Shown piece by piece: positions 42,075 to 52,389 of a stretch of DNA of 64,000 nucleotides. The position numbers were made by a program, and so were the translations under genes. This stretch comes from Tannerellaceae bacterium (GTDB lineage: Bacteria > Bacteroidota > Bacteroidia > Bacteroidales > Tannerellaceae). Under the pieces are notes generated by a model. It was not told where the DNA came from. It saw only the letters and a list, made by a program, of their open reading frames with translations, and did not search any database. Each line of letters begins with the position of its first letter. Within the stretch, counting starts at the first letter, position 1. The stretch lies in the NCBI GenBank assembly GCA_031271045.1, contig JAISWO010000013.1:27-64026 (forward strand), written 5' to 3'.

Positions 42075-43268
42075 TTAATGCGGATAATCCGGATAAAGGA
42101 GATATCGGCGGCGGAGGATTTTGTAGCGTTCCAGGTCTTCTTGCCAACTGCGGCGGATGTCCTCCTCCGACAGGCCTTCCAGGATGGAGGCGCGGAGGGA
42201 GGCATTGCCGGCCAAGAGGTCGAACCAGGCGGGGCGGGCGAAGAAGCTGTCCCGGCAGCCGGCCTTGCGGTAGAAGTCGAGGAAGAAACGCAGCGTCAGC
42301 CCCCCCTCGAAAGGCAACCCGCGAAGGTCGACGCCGAAGCAACGCCTGTCCTTTTGCAGAGGATTACGATCCATTCCCTCGATGGGCCGAGGGGTGAAGG
42401 AGAAGCTGCCGTAGGAGGCGTCGGGATAGCCGATGACCTGGAAGGGGAACGTTGTGCCCCGGCCGATGCTGACGTTGGTCGCCTCGAACCACCCCAGCGA
42501 GGGATATAGGCGGACAGCCTCCTGATTGGGCAGGTTGGGCGACGGAGCGATCGGCAGGCGGTAGAGCTCGCCATGCTTCCAGCCTTCCAACGGCACGACG
42601 GTCAGCCGGCAGGTGTCGGGCAGGCACAGCCATCCTTCGCCGTTGATCATCCGCGCCAGCTCGCCCACCGTCAGTCCGTGGAGTAGGGGCAGGGGATCCA
42701 GGCCGACGAACGATCCGTAGCCTTCCTTGCGCACCGGGCCGTCGACGAAGTCGTTCGGGTTCGGCCGGTCGAGCACGATGCACTCTTTGTGGTTTTCGGC
42801 GCAGGCCTCCATCACGTAGTGCAGTGTACTTATATATGTATAGAAACGAACGCCGACATCCTGGATGTCGAAGATCACCACGTCGATGTCGCGCATCTGC
42901 CCGGCGGTCGGCTTTTTGTTGTTTCCATAGATAGAGACGACGGGGATGCCTGTATGGCGGTCGCGGCTGTCTTTGACAAGCTCGCCGGCTTCGGCCGTCC
43001 CGCGGAAGCCATGTTCGGGCGCGAATACTTTGCGGACGGCGACGCCCCGCGCCAGCAGGGTATCCAGCAGATGCGTCCGCCCGTGGTTTTCGAGGATGGA
43101 TGTTTGGTTGACAACTAAGGCGACTTGCTTGCCTTCGATCAGGCGCAGGATCCGCCCAATCTGTTCGGCGCCCGTTACCGGTACGCGGGCCATGATGCCG
43201 CCTGCCGCCAGCAGCAGGGTGCCCAAGGCGGCGATCCGTATGTGGGAGAATATCTTCATGGTTTTCAT
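42075..43268 (-). CDS. Exo-beta-N-acetylmuramidase NamZ (DUF1343) family
   Basis: FAPEHGFRG, FDIQDVGVRFYTY, LDRPNP, PSPNLP, SIGRGT; start at 43268 or 43259. Confidence 0.9.
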   Translation of the reverse strand: MKTMKIFSHIRIAALGTLLLAAGGIMARVPVTGAEQIGRILRLIEGKQVALVVNQTSILENHGRTHLLDTLLARGVAVRKVFAPEHGFRGTAEAGELVKDSRDRHTGIPVVSIYGNNKKPTAGQMRDIDVVIFDIQDVGVRFYTYISTLHYVMEACAENHKECIVLDRPNPNDFVDGPVRKEGYGSFVGLDPLPLLHGLTVGELARMINGEGWLCLPDTCRLTVVPLEGWKHGELYRLPIAPSPNLPNQEAVRLYPSLGWFEATNVSIGRGTTFPFQVIGYPDASYGSFSFTPRPIEGMDRNPLQKDRRCFGVDLRGLPFEGGLTLRFFLDFYRKAGCRDSFFARPAWFDLLAGNASLRASILEGLSEEDIRRSWQEDLERYKILRRRYLLYPDYPH

Positions 43269-43582
43269 TCTTAAAAAGGTACGAGCACAAAAGTACAATA
43301 AATATCACTGAATAGAAATGTTCACGAAATTACCGGTTATTAAACAGATACTATTGGGTGGCGATAGATGCACGAGGAACGTCAACTTTGACGCATCCCA
43401 TTGTGATCATTGCCTGAGTCGCAAATCCAAATAGCAACGACTTTCCACTTCCTCCCTTCCAGCCGTGCCGCAAGGAGGCGGGAAAATTATTTGCTTCTTT
43501 CCGGCGGGACGGCAGGAGGTTGGTGGAAGTTTTCCCTCGTATCTGCGGGGCAGACCGTAGATCTGAATGTGAAGCCAACGGA

Positions 43583-45898
43583 TCAGAAGGGATAGCCGAC
43601 GGCTAAGTGAAAGGCGAGGGCGTCGCTGAAACGGGGAATGTTGTAATAGCCCTTCCGACCGGTATCGTAGGGGAGATGGAGGCCGACTCCGACGTCGAAG
43701 CGGACGACGATGAAGTCGAGGTCGTAGCGCAGGCCGGCGCCGCTGCCCAGGGCCAGGTCGTTCCAGAGGTGAGGCAGGCTGAAGAGGCCCCCTTGGCGGT
43801 TCTCGTCTCGGCGCAGGAGCCAGATGCCTCCGCAGTCGAGGAAGGCGGCTCCGTAGAGGTCGCCTACGAGGCGGAAGCGGTATTCGAGGTTAGCTTCCAG
43901 CTTAAGGTCGCCCACCTGGTCGATATAGGCGTATTTGTCGCCGGACTGGAGGGGGCGGAAGCGTCCGGGTCCGATGGTGCGGATGGTGAAGGCGCGGAGG
44001 CTGTTGGCGCCTCCGGTGTAGAATTGTTCGCTGAAAGGCGGTATGCGCGCGTTGCCGTAGCTGAAGATGGCACCTGTCATCAGACGGGCGACGATGCGGT
44101 GGTTGCGGTCGAGGCGATAGTTGTAGCGCATTTCGGCGGTAGCCTTAACGAAGTGAGCGAAGGGGTTTCCTAAGAGTTCTTTGCCTTCTTTGTTCCACGG
44201 TTCTCCCGCCAGGGCGTAGAGGGCGGAAAAGAGGTTGCCGGCCTCCGTCAGTGAAGCTTCCCACCAGAAGTGGTGGCTCCGGTCGAGGGATGAGTCGTCG
44301 TAGGTGTAGGTATAGCTCAGCGAGGGGATGAACTGGTTACCGAGGCTCATGCGGAGAGCGGGGTTGAGGGCGGTTATCTCGTTGAACTCTGCCGTTGTCG
44401 ACAGGAGGCGGTTGTAAGTCAGCCGGAAGGGGGTGAAGGTGTGATGATGTTCGGGGAATGGCTGGAACTCGTAGGCGACGCTTCCGCTGAAGGACAGCAT
44501 CCGGAAGAAACGCGCGCGATTCAGGGCGTCGGCATAGAGGCGGAAGGCTGTATGCGAGGGGTAGAGCAGCCCCCGGTGGGCGAAGGTGGGCAGCATGACG
44601 AAGGGGAGCGTAAGGGTTGCCCCGGCGCCGGCTTCGTAGCTGTTGAGCCTGTTGGCGGTGGCATTGCCGGTTTGCCATTCGTAGGAGCCGTTGACTTGTA
44701 TCTTCAGCGTTTCTCCTCCGCGGAAGAGGTTGCGGCGCGTGAGGCTGAAGATGGCACCCGGCCCCCGGAGGTTGTTGCTTTTGTCGGTCAGACGCAGCTC
44801 CAGTTCGCCGTCTAAGGGGAGGTCGTAGACGGTATTGATATGAAGGTCCAGCACAGCGTCCCGTCGCGCCGTATCCCTGGGGGTGAACTGCATCTCGGCA
44901 TAGCGGAAGACGGAGAGGTTGGCCAGGAGGGTTTGCGTCTGCTGCTGCCGGTTTTCGGAGTAGAGGTCGCCGGTCTGAATACGGAAGCGTTCGTAAAGTA
45001 TGGCGGGGCGTATGCGTAGCTTCTGCTCGTAATGGATGGTGAGGTCTTTGTAGCGTATTGAGTCGGTCGGCGGCTCGTTATTGTAGCCGTAGAGGCGGAC
45101 AGAACGTTCGCCGACCCTGTACGGCGTGAAGGCAGAGGGAGGCGCTCCGGGCTTGCGCGATACGCGTAGCCAGATCTTTCCGGGCGAGATCAGGGTGTCT
45201 GCTTGGTAGACGACGAACTCCGGGCGATGGTAGTAGAAGCCGTGGGTGCGCAGGAGGGAGGATATGCGCTGGCGTTCGGCTTCGAGGACGGCGACATTGA
45301 AGGGGGCGCCGGCGCGCAGGAGGCTCTCCTGTCGGGCAGCCTGTATCAGGCTGTCCGACGTAGCGCCGCTGCGGACGTAGCGGATGCTATCGTAGGTGTA
45401 GAGGTGGTTCATTTCTATGCGGTATTCGAGGCCTGCCTTGCGGGGATCCTTGGCGTCGGGCAGGATCTCATACGAAACGGAGGCGTCGAAATAGCCGTGT
45501 TCGCGCAGGATATTGCGGGCGATGGCGACCCGCACATCGGGGTTGACGGCGGTGAGGAATACCGGCTGTGCGGCCAGCTTGTCGAACAGCCACTTCCCTG
45601 TCTTTCCCTCTTTTCGTACGAAGGCGTTATACATCCACAGTCCGACGGGCAGGGGCATCCGTACGGAAGAGCTGCCGAAGAGGGCGTTGTTCGGGGGATA
45701 GGCCAGGGCGGCCTCGGCTTCATCCAGGGCGCGGCGGGCGGTTCCGCTTTCGTGGTAGCCTTCGACGGCGGTCTGCCGGATGCCGGTGTAGAGCGTCTCT
45801 CCTTCGGGCAGATGCCGGGTAGTGGAGCAGCAAAGGAGCGAGAGCGCCGCTCCGAGGCAGAGGGCGAGGCGGATGTATCGTATGGGGAGTGTCTGCAT
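43583..45898 (-). CDS. BamA/TamA family outer-membrane lipoprotein (TamL-like)
   Basis: Lipobox-like LLCC, POTRA-like region, GGANSLRAF, C-terminal HLAVGYPF; adjacent to tamB. Confidence 0.9.
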   Translation of the reverse strand: MQTLPIRYIRLALCLGAALSLLCCSTTRHLPEGETLYTGIRQTAVEGYHESGTARRALDEAEAALAYPPNNALFGSSSVRMPLPVGLWMYNAFVRKEGKTGKWLFDKLAAQPVFLTAVNPDVRVAIARNILREHGYFDASVSYEILPDAKDPRKAGLEYRIEMNHLYTYDSIRYVRSGATSDSLIQAARQESLLRAGAPFNVAVLEAERQRISSLLRTHGFYYHRPEFVVYQADTLISPGKIWLRVSRKPGAPPSAFTPYRVGERSVRLYGYNNEPPTDSIRYKDLTIHYEQKLRIRPAILYERFRIQTGDLYSENRQQQTQTLLANLSVFRYAEMQFTPRDTARRDAVLDLHINTVYDLPLDGELELRLTDKSNNLRGPGAIFSLTRRNLFRGGETLKIQVNGSYEWQTGNATANRLNSYEAGAGATLTLPFVMLPTFAHRGLLYPSHTAFRLYADALNRARFFRMLSFSGSVAYEFQPFPEHHHTFTPFRLTYNRLLSTTAEFNEITALNPALRMSLGNQFIPSLSYTYTYDDSSLDRSHHFWWEASLTEAGNLFSALYALAGEPWNKEGKELLGNPFAHFVKATAEMRYNYRLDRNHRIVARLMTGAIFSYGNARIPPFSEQFYTGGANSLRAFTIRTIGPGRFRPLQSGDKYAYIDQVGDLKLEANLEYRFRLVGDLYGAAFLDCGGIWLLRRDENRQGGLFSLPHLWNDLALGSGAGLRYDLDFIVVRFDVGVGLHLPYDTGRKGYYNIPRFSDALAFHLAVGYPF

Positions 45899-45925
45899 GT
45901 TGTGCTTATTGGCAATGGTTCGTAA

Positions 45926-48900
45926 TTACCGGAATAACTCATACCAGTATCGCATCCTGCGTCGCAGGACGAGGCCGAGGCCCGTTTCGGTCACTTCGCC
46001 GTCGAGCAGGCTCTGGTAGTTCTTGTCGTGGAAGACTTTCAGGTGTCCCGTGCCGGCCTTGTTGAGGCGCCATTCGAGGGAAGCATTGTCGATGAACGAT
46101 TCCCGCTGCTGCACGTCGGCGCCGGAGGATACTTTTCCTCCGATGACGACGCGTAGGCGGTCGTTGTAGAATCGTTTGGCAAAGCGGAAGGAGTAGTCGG
46201 TGCGTTGTCCGCTACCTTCTGTCCCGTCGTCCTGATCGTAAGTGTTGACACCGAAGGAAAGGTCGACGGTTCGGAGCGCGTCGCCGGCGATGTTGTTGAT
46301 TTCGCCCTGGAGGAAGTTACCCAGGGCGTCTCCCATATTCAGGTTGACCTTACCGTCGCTTCCATTGGCTAAGTACATGCCGGTGACCATCATGCCCACG
46401 GCGCGTGTGGAGCGTCCTTCGGCGTCCAATTTGTCGAGTTCTCCCTGCACGGCTATATCTTCCGGCGCAGCGATGATGAAGCGGAGGGACATGTTCTCCA
46501 GCCGCTGCCTGACGTCGATACCTACGTCGAAGTTCACCATCCTGGGCGATTCTCCCGGCAGAGCTACCGAGGTGCGCATCCGCTGTGTGGCGGCTAAGCC
46601 GAGGAGGGGATTTATCGGGTTGCCGTCCCAATGGATATAGCTCTCGTCCTTGATGCGGAACTCCTTCAGCGGGATGATGGGCAGGGCGTACTTGAGGTTG
46701 CCGTCCGAGAGCGTATAGCGTCCGTTGAGCAGCATCTCGCCCTGCCGGGTGTATTGGAAGGAGAGGTCGCCTCCTCCTTCGAGGGCGACGAAGCTCGAGC
46801 GGTCGGGCGTCAGGTCGGCGCGCAGTTGAACGACTGGGTCGATGTGTATACGCATCAAAAGGTCCATTCCTCCGACGGGTGCCGGCGTGAAACTGCCGCC
46901 CCGGCGCCGGCGGAGCGTAGTGTCAGCGAAGGAGGTGAAGGAGACAAGATCCTTGAGTCGGTCCTGCACCGTGAGGGGTGACTCTTTCATTACGTAGGTC
47001 AGGTTCGTCCCTCCGAGCAGTTGGATGTCTCCCCGTACGCTTAAAGCATCTAAGGGGCCTTGCAGCGTGGCGCCTACGTTGAGCAGCAGGCGTCCGTAGA
47101 CGAGGCTTTCCGGGTTTCGTTTGACGTCGAGCGCCTGGAGGTTATTGCCATTCAGTCGGAGGTTGGCCAGGATGTGAGCCGGATCGGCGAAGTGGATGTC
47201 GCCGCTGAGCGCAAGCGGGCTGGAGCCGGCGGCATAGACCTTGAAGTCGTTGAACAGCGCCCGGTTGTCGTGGATGACCAACCGTTGGTTGTCTAACCGG
47301 AAGCGCGAGGCGGCCATAGACGTATAGATCGAGGCGGTATCCAACTGGAGGTATCCGTTGACGAGGGGAGCGTCGCTTGTGCCGCTTATCTCCATCTGCC
47401 CGTTGAGGGCGCCGCCGAGCGAGGCCATTCCGTCCGGAATAAAGGGGGTGAACATGCCGATGGGTAGGGTGTCGACCGTCAGACTACCGCTGATCTGTTC
47501 CCGGCGGGCTTCGTAGACGGCCGTTGCGTAGGAGACTTCCCGGCGGTTGTGATAGAAGTGGGCATCCACCTGGTGGACGTCGTCGTCGAGGGGCAGATAG
47601 ATGGCGTTGAGCATCATTTCGCCTACACGTCCGCCTTCGTAGCGAAAGCTGTCGATATGGACGTCGCCGGCGACCATGAACGATTCTTCCGAAGGTGCGT
47701 AGCGCAGGTCGGCGCTCATCATTCCTTCCATGCGGGGCAGTGCGGCGAATCCTGTGGAGACGACGTTCATGTCGATGCGGTTCAGCTCGGCATGGAGTTC
47801 GGGCAGGCTGCCTGCTACGTCGGCTTCGTCAGCTATGGCGCGTAAACGGAACGAGCTGTTGGCTTCGCCGCTGAAGAGTACGTCGGCTTCGATGTCTTTC
47901 GGGCTTCGGAAGCGGATGTAATTGTTGGGGTTCAGACGGAAGGTGTTGAAGGCGACGACCGGGTCTTCCGGATAGAGGTGCAGCAGGATGCCCCCTGCTT
48001 CTTGAAGGGCGCGGATGCCGAGCCGCAGGCCGATCTCGTTCCGGTTGTTGGCATAGAGGAAGTCGGCGTTGGCATAGCGATGGCGGAGCGTGCCTTCTAC
48101 CCGGGCGGTGAAAGGCTCTTGCCGGCGGTAGCGATTCTTGATGACTTCGGCCTTGTAGCGCAGGCCGGCGGAGTCGGGACGGATAATGGCGCGGATAGTG
48201 TCTATCCGGAACGTATCGAGATAGAATGTATGGAGCGAAGCGTCCAGGCGTAGTCCACCCTCCGGCGAGGCGGAGGCGTCGAGCTGGAAGGCTTCGGCGT
48301 CGAGGTCGTATTCGCGCAGGACGTTGTAGACGGGATTGTCGTGGCCGGCATGGGCTGCGAGGGTCATACCGGGGAGCAGCGGTCGGAGCGCGGCGATGTG
48401 GATGGTGGAGTCTTCGCGGAGTTGGCGGCTGGCGTCGTCGGCTATGCGGGTGATCTTCTGGCGCAAGGTTTCGATGTCGTCATTACCGACGAGGACGATG
48501 CCGAGGTCGCCGGCATGGAAAGACAGGCGGGTGGTATCCGTCCCGGTCCGGGCATGGAGGGTGAGCGTTTTGGGTTTGACGGCGCGTTCGCCGACTGTCA
48601 GCTCCCAGTTGCCGAGCGTCAGGTCGGCGCGATGGTGGATGCCGAAGTCGCTTTCCATTTCGGCGAAAAGCTGGAAGGACGTAGCCAGCGGCATCTGTGT
48701 CAAGTGCAGCGCCCGGAGGTCGAGACTGTCTACGTCGCCGATCCAGATGCCCTTCAGGGCGTGGGTGTGCAACGCGCCGTCGAAGGAGATATCCATTGCG
48801 GCGGCAGGATAGCGGCTTGTCAGTTGCAATTGCGCCTGATGGTTCTGGAGCGAGGCGTAGAGGGCGACGTCCTTCAGTTCGGTGGCTCCGTAGCGCAGAT

Positions 48901-50464
48901 GCGCGAGGCGTCCTTCCCATGTAGCGCGGGCGGAGTCGGCGAAGAGATCCGTTCCCCGTCCTTCGGCCCGTAACGAGGCGGCGAGCCACATTAGCGAGTC
49001 GGCAGGGAGGAAATGCACCGGCTCGAGGCTGTCGATCGAGAGCGTCGCCTGGTAGCTTTGGTTTGTTGTATGGTAACGGCCCTGTAAGTCTATGCGGCCC
49101 CGGGCTTCGGAGAGAAGGAGGTTGACGAGGTATTCGCCGTCCAGCAGTTCGACTTCTCCCGTCAGGGCGATGTCGTCGGGGATGCGCAGCCCTTGCCTTT
49201 GCGAGGGCGGGAGAAGGTCGAGAGCGAAGTCGGTCTTTTCCATCTGCGCGTCGAGCAGGATCCGGGCCGAGCGGCGGAGGCTGTCGGCGATATGGCCGGC
49301 TTGTCCGGAGGCGGCGAAGGTGAAGGCGCCGGGCAGGCTGAGGTTGAATGGGTGGACTTTCAGCGCGGAGAGGTTGCCGCTTACCTCGGCCGTAAGGGAG
49401 GCCGGCGCATCGGGGAAGGAGGCGCGGAATGGGTCGGGGAAGACGTCCTTGAGGAGGAAGAGGTCGCTCTTGCCGGCCTCGGCCTGAAGGCGTATGCGCA
49501 TATTCCCGGTTGCCGGTTCATCCCATACGCTCCAGGGAATTTCGCCTTCCAGGCGCACGAAGGAGGACGGCGTATGGAGGTGGAAGTCAGGGATCCGGAG
49601 GCTGAGGCTGTCGCTGCGGACGAGGGCGCCGGCGGCGGTGATTTTGAGGCCGGAGGAGCGTTCGGCGGCGGCAAAGGAGAGGAGCCGGAGGTTCATCTCC
49701 CGTCCATGGTAGAGGATGGAGTCGAGCGAGGCGCTGAGATGGCTTACGGCAATGTCCATGGGCTGGCAGTCAAGCTGTACGCCCTCCAGAAGAACCTGTC
49801 CGATGGCGTAGCGCTCCGGCTCCAGTTCGATACGCAGCTCGCGGGCTTCTCCTTGCTCAATGCCGCTGCTGAGGGAGAGCGTATCGGCGGGGAGGTGGAC
49901 GTCGAAACGGATGCGGCGGAGGCTAATCTTTCCGGCTTCGAGAGTCCAGTCGGGGGCGGGGGTGTCTTCCTGCGGCGGTGAGAGGGAGTCGATACGGAGG
50001 CTCATGGCGGCGTCCGAGAGGTTGAGGTCGTGCAGCATGATGCGCGAAGCGGTCGGGCGGATCGTGGCCTTGGCCGACAACCGGGCGATGGAGCCGGTCA
50101 ACTCGATGCCTTCGATGAAGGAGCCGGTTGCCAGGCGGAGGCCTTCGATGTGAAACATATCGGCGGAGATGATCTGGCCGAGGAGGAGGGCGGGGGCGAT
50201 GTGCAAATGCAGGCTGTGTACGGATCCGATGGTGTCACCGGCAGGCAGGAGAGCGCTTACTTCCGACAAGGAAAGCTCCAGCGGAAAGCCGAACTTCACC
50301 CGTCCGGCTTGCATGTGGAGGCCGCATTTTTTGCCGGCGTAACGTATGACCTGTTTCCCGATCAGGTTACCTGAAGCCGGCACATAGAGAAGCCCAGCCG
50401 GGAGGAGGATCCCCGCAACGGGCAATAATGCTATGATTCCTACGTGCCGGAGCCGGATTTTCAT
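45926..50464 (-). CDS. tamB: Translocation/assembly module TamB domain protein
   Basis: 1512 aa, N-terminal transmembrane anchor, beta-rich, C-terminal LEGGGDL...WDGNPINP...KRFYNDRL pattern. Confidence 0.85.
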   Translation of the reverse strand: MKIRLRHVGIIALLPVAGILLPAGLLYVPASGNLIGKQVIRYAGKKCGLHMQAGRVKFGFPLELSLSEVSALLPAGDTIGSVHSLHLHIAPALLLGQIISADMFHIEGLRLATGSFIEGIELTGSIARLSAKATIRPTASRIMLHDLNLSDAAMSLRIDSLSPPQEDTPAPDWTLEAGKISLRRIRFDVHLPADTLSLSSGIEQGEARELRIELEPERYAIGQVLLEGVQLDCQPMDIAVSHLSASLDSILYHGREMNLRLLSFAAAERSSGLKITAAGALVRSDSLSLRIPDFHLHTPSSFVRLEGEIPWSVWDEPATGNMRIRLQAEAGKSDLFLLKDVFPDPFRASFPDAPASLTAEVSGNLSALKVHPFNLSLPGAFTFAASGQAGHIADSLRRSARILLDAQMEKTDFALDLLPPSQRQGLRIPDDIALTGEVELLDGEYLVNLLLSEARGRIDLQGRYHTTNQSYQATLSIDSLEPVHFLPADSLMWLAASLRAEGRGTDLFADSARATWEGRLAHLRYGATELKDVALYASLQNHQAQLQLTSRYPAAAMDISFDGALHTHALKGIWIGDVDSLDLRALHLTQMPLATSFQLFAEMESDFGIHHRADLTLGNWELTVGERAVKPKTLTLHARTGTDTTRLSFHAGDLGIVLVGNDDIETLRQKITRIADDASRQLREDSTIHIAALRPLLPGMTLAAHAGHDNPVYNVLREYDLDAEAFQLDASASPEGGLRLDASLHTFYLDTFRIDTIRAIIRPDSAGLRYKAEVIKNRYRRQEPFTARVEGTLRHRYANADFLYANNRNEIGLRLGIRALQEAGGILLHLYPEDPVVAFNTFRLNPNNYIRFRSPKDIEADVLFSGEANSSFRLRAIADEADVAGSLPELHAELNRIDMNVVSTGFAALPRMEGMMSADLRYAPSEESFMVAGDVHIDSFRYEGGRVGEMMLNAIYLPLDDDVHQVDAHFYHNRREVSYATAVYEARREQISGSLTVDTLPIGMFTPFIPDGMASLGGALNGQMEISGTSDAPLVNGYLQLDTASIYTSMAASRFRLDNQRLVIHDNRALFNDFKVYAAGSSPLALSGDIHFADPAHILANLRLNGNNLQALDVKRNPESLVYGRLLLNVGATLQGPLDALSVRGDIQLLGGTNLTYVMKESPLTVQDRLKDLVSFTSFADTTLRRRRGGSFTPAPVGGMDLLMRIHIDPVVQLRADLTPDRSSFVALEGGGDLSFQYTRQGEMLLNGRYTLSDGNLKYALPIIPLKEFRIKDESYIHWDGNPINPLLGLAATQRMRTSVALPGESPRMVNFDVGIDVRQRLENMSLRFIIAAPEDIAVQGELDKLDAEGRSTRAVGMMVTGMYLANGSDGKVNLNMGDALGNFLQGEINNIAGDALRTVDLSFGVNTYDQDDGTEGSGQRTDYSFRFAKRFYNDRLRVVIGGKVSSGADVQQRESFIDNASLEWRLNKAGTGHLKVFHDKNYQSLLDGEVTETGLGLVLRRRMRYWYELFR

Positions 50465-50874
50465 ACAAACAAGGTAAAAATAATTGATCGTTCTTAATTT
50501 CCTGAGGCAAATATAGACAAAAAAGCGGGAAAGGGGAACGCTGTCTTGTCGTCATTGTCGTCTGGCCTTGTTCTTGTGAATGTGTGTCCGTTTATGTGAA
50601 TTTCCTTTCCGGCAGGATTTTTGAGGAAAAGAGTGGATGTTTCTCAAAAGAATCCCTACATTTGCCACGATAAATTAAAATTGCATTCATGATTTTTTTT
50701 ATGGCATGATGTATCTTGTTTATTTATTGGATACATACGTGGCAAGGCAATTGTCCCGGGAGGAACGGTTGCTTCTGTTTAGTTGAGTACGGTTGATTTT
50801 TTTCCATGTTTAATGATTATATCCCCGGTGTTTGCTTAACTTTGCCGGACTTATCATTTTAATAATCTATCATT

Positions 50875-52368
50875 ATGGCGATTTACTTAAACGATGTCTC
50901 AAGAACCTTCGGTGAATACCTCCTCATTCCGGGGTTGACTACTAAATTGTGCGTTCCCTCAAACATATCCCTGCGTACGCCGCTGGTGAAATACCGGACC
51001 GGCGAAATGTCCTCCATCCGCTTGAATATCCCCTTTGTTTCGGCCATCATGCAATCGGTATCCGGTCCCGAACTGGCCATCGAGCTGGCACGCAACGGAG
51101 GAATATCCTTCCTCTTCGGCTCCCAGCCCATAGATGCGCAAGTAGAAATGGTGCGGAAAGTGAAGAAATTCAAAGCCGGATTTGTTGTAAGCGACTCCAA
51201 CCTGACGCCCGAACACCGCCTGGCCGATGTCGTCGAGCTCGTGCACCGGACCGGACACTCCACCATCGGTATCACCGACGACGGAACGCCCAACGGCATC
51301 CTCCTGGGATTGGTCGCCAGCCGCGACTTCCGCGTCGAAAAAGACGACCCCAATATGAAGGTCAAATACTTTATGACACCCTTCGACAAACTGCATGTCG
51401 GCAAAGGAGGAGTCACCCTCACCGAAGCCAATCAACTCATCTGGGAACATAAACTCAACGCCCTGCCCATCATCGACGACAACCGCCGCCTGCTTTACTT
51501 TGTTTTTCGCAAAGACTACGATAACCATCGCGAACACCCCTACGAGCTCTCCGGCACAGACAAGACCCTCCTCACCGGCGCCGGTATCAATACGCGCGAC
51601 TACCGCGAACGCGTCCCCGCCCTGATCGAAGCCGGCGCTGACGTGCTCTGCATCGACTCCTCCGACGGATATTCCGAATGGCAACACGATACCCTCCTCT
51701 GGATACGCCGGCAGTACGGCGACAGCGTCCGCGTAGGAGCCGGCAACGTGGTCGACCGCGAAGGCTTCGAATATCTCGTTCAGGCCGGAGCCGACTTCGT
51801 CAAAGTAGGCATCGGAGGCGGATCCATCTGCATCACGCGCGAACAGAAAGGCATCGGACGAGGACAAGCCACCGCCCTGATCGATGTGGCCCAGGCACGC
51901 CGCGATTACCTCGAAAAGACCGGCATATACATTCCTATATGCAGCGACGGAGGCCTGGTGCACGACTACCACATGGCGCTCGCTCTGGCCATGGGCGCCG
52001 ACTTCCTGATGATGGGACGCTACTTCGCCCGCTTCGACGAATCGCCCACCAAGAAACTCCGCATAGGCAATAACTACGTCAAAGAATACTGGGGCGAAGG
52101 CTCCAACCGCGCCCAAAACTGGCAACGCTACGACATGGGAGGCGTCGAATCACTCAAGTTCGAAGAAGGCGTCGACAGCTACGTCCCCTACGCCGGCAAG
52201 ATGAAAGACAACCTGGGCATCACCTTGGGCAAAATCAAAGCCACCATGTGTAGCTGCGGAGCCGTCACCATCGAAGAACTCCAGCGCTTAGCCAAAATCA
52301 CCCTCGTCTCCTCCACCAGCATCGTCGAAGGCGGAGCCCACGACGTGATACAAAAAGAACAAACCTGA
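50875..52368 (+). CDS. guaB: IMP dehydrogenase
   Basis: [11 protein letters not shown] pair, [11 protein letters not shown] catalytic Cys loop, YWGEGS, EEGV; TAACTTTG -7 box at 50837. Confidence 0.95.
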   Translation: MAIYLNDVSRTFGEYLLIPGLTTKLCVPSNISLRTPLVKYRTGEMSSIRLNIPFVSAIMQSVSGPELAIELARNGGISFLFGSQPIDAQVEMVRKVKKFKAGFVVSDSNLTPEHRLADVVELVHRTGHSTIGITDDGTPNGILLGLVASRDFRVEKDDPNMKVKYFMTPFDKLHVGKGGVTLTEANQLIWEHKLNALPIIDDNRRLLYFVFRKDYDNHREHPYELSGTDKTLLTGAGINTRDYRERVPALIEAGADVLCIDSSDGYSEWQHDTLLWIRRQYGDSVRVGAGNVVDREGFEYLVQAGADFVKVGIGGGSICITREQKGIGRGQATALIDVAQARRDYLEKTGIYIPICSDGGLVHDYHMALALAMGADFLMMGRYFARFDESPTKKLRIGNNYVKEYWGEGSNRAQNWQRYDMGGVESLKFEEGVDSYVPYAGKMKDNLGITLGKIKATMCSCGAVTIEELQRLAKITLVSSTSIVEGGAHDVIQKEQT

Positions 52369-52389
52369 TAACACATATAATATATTATA

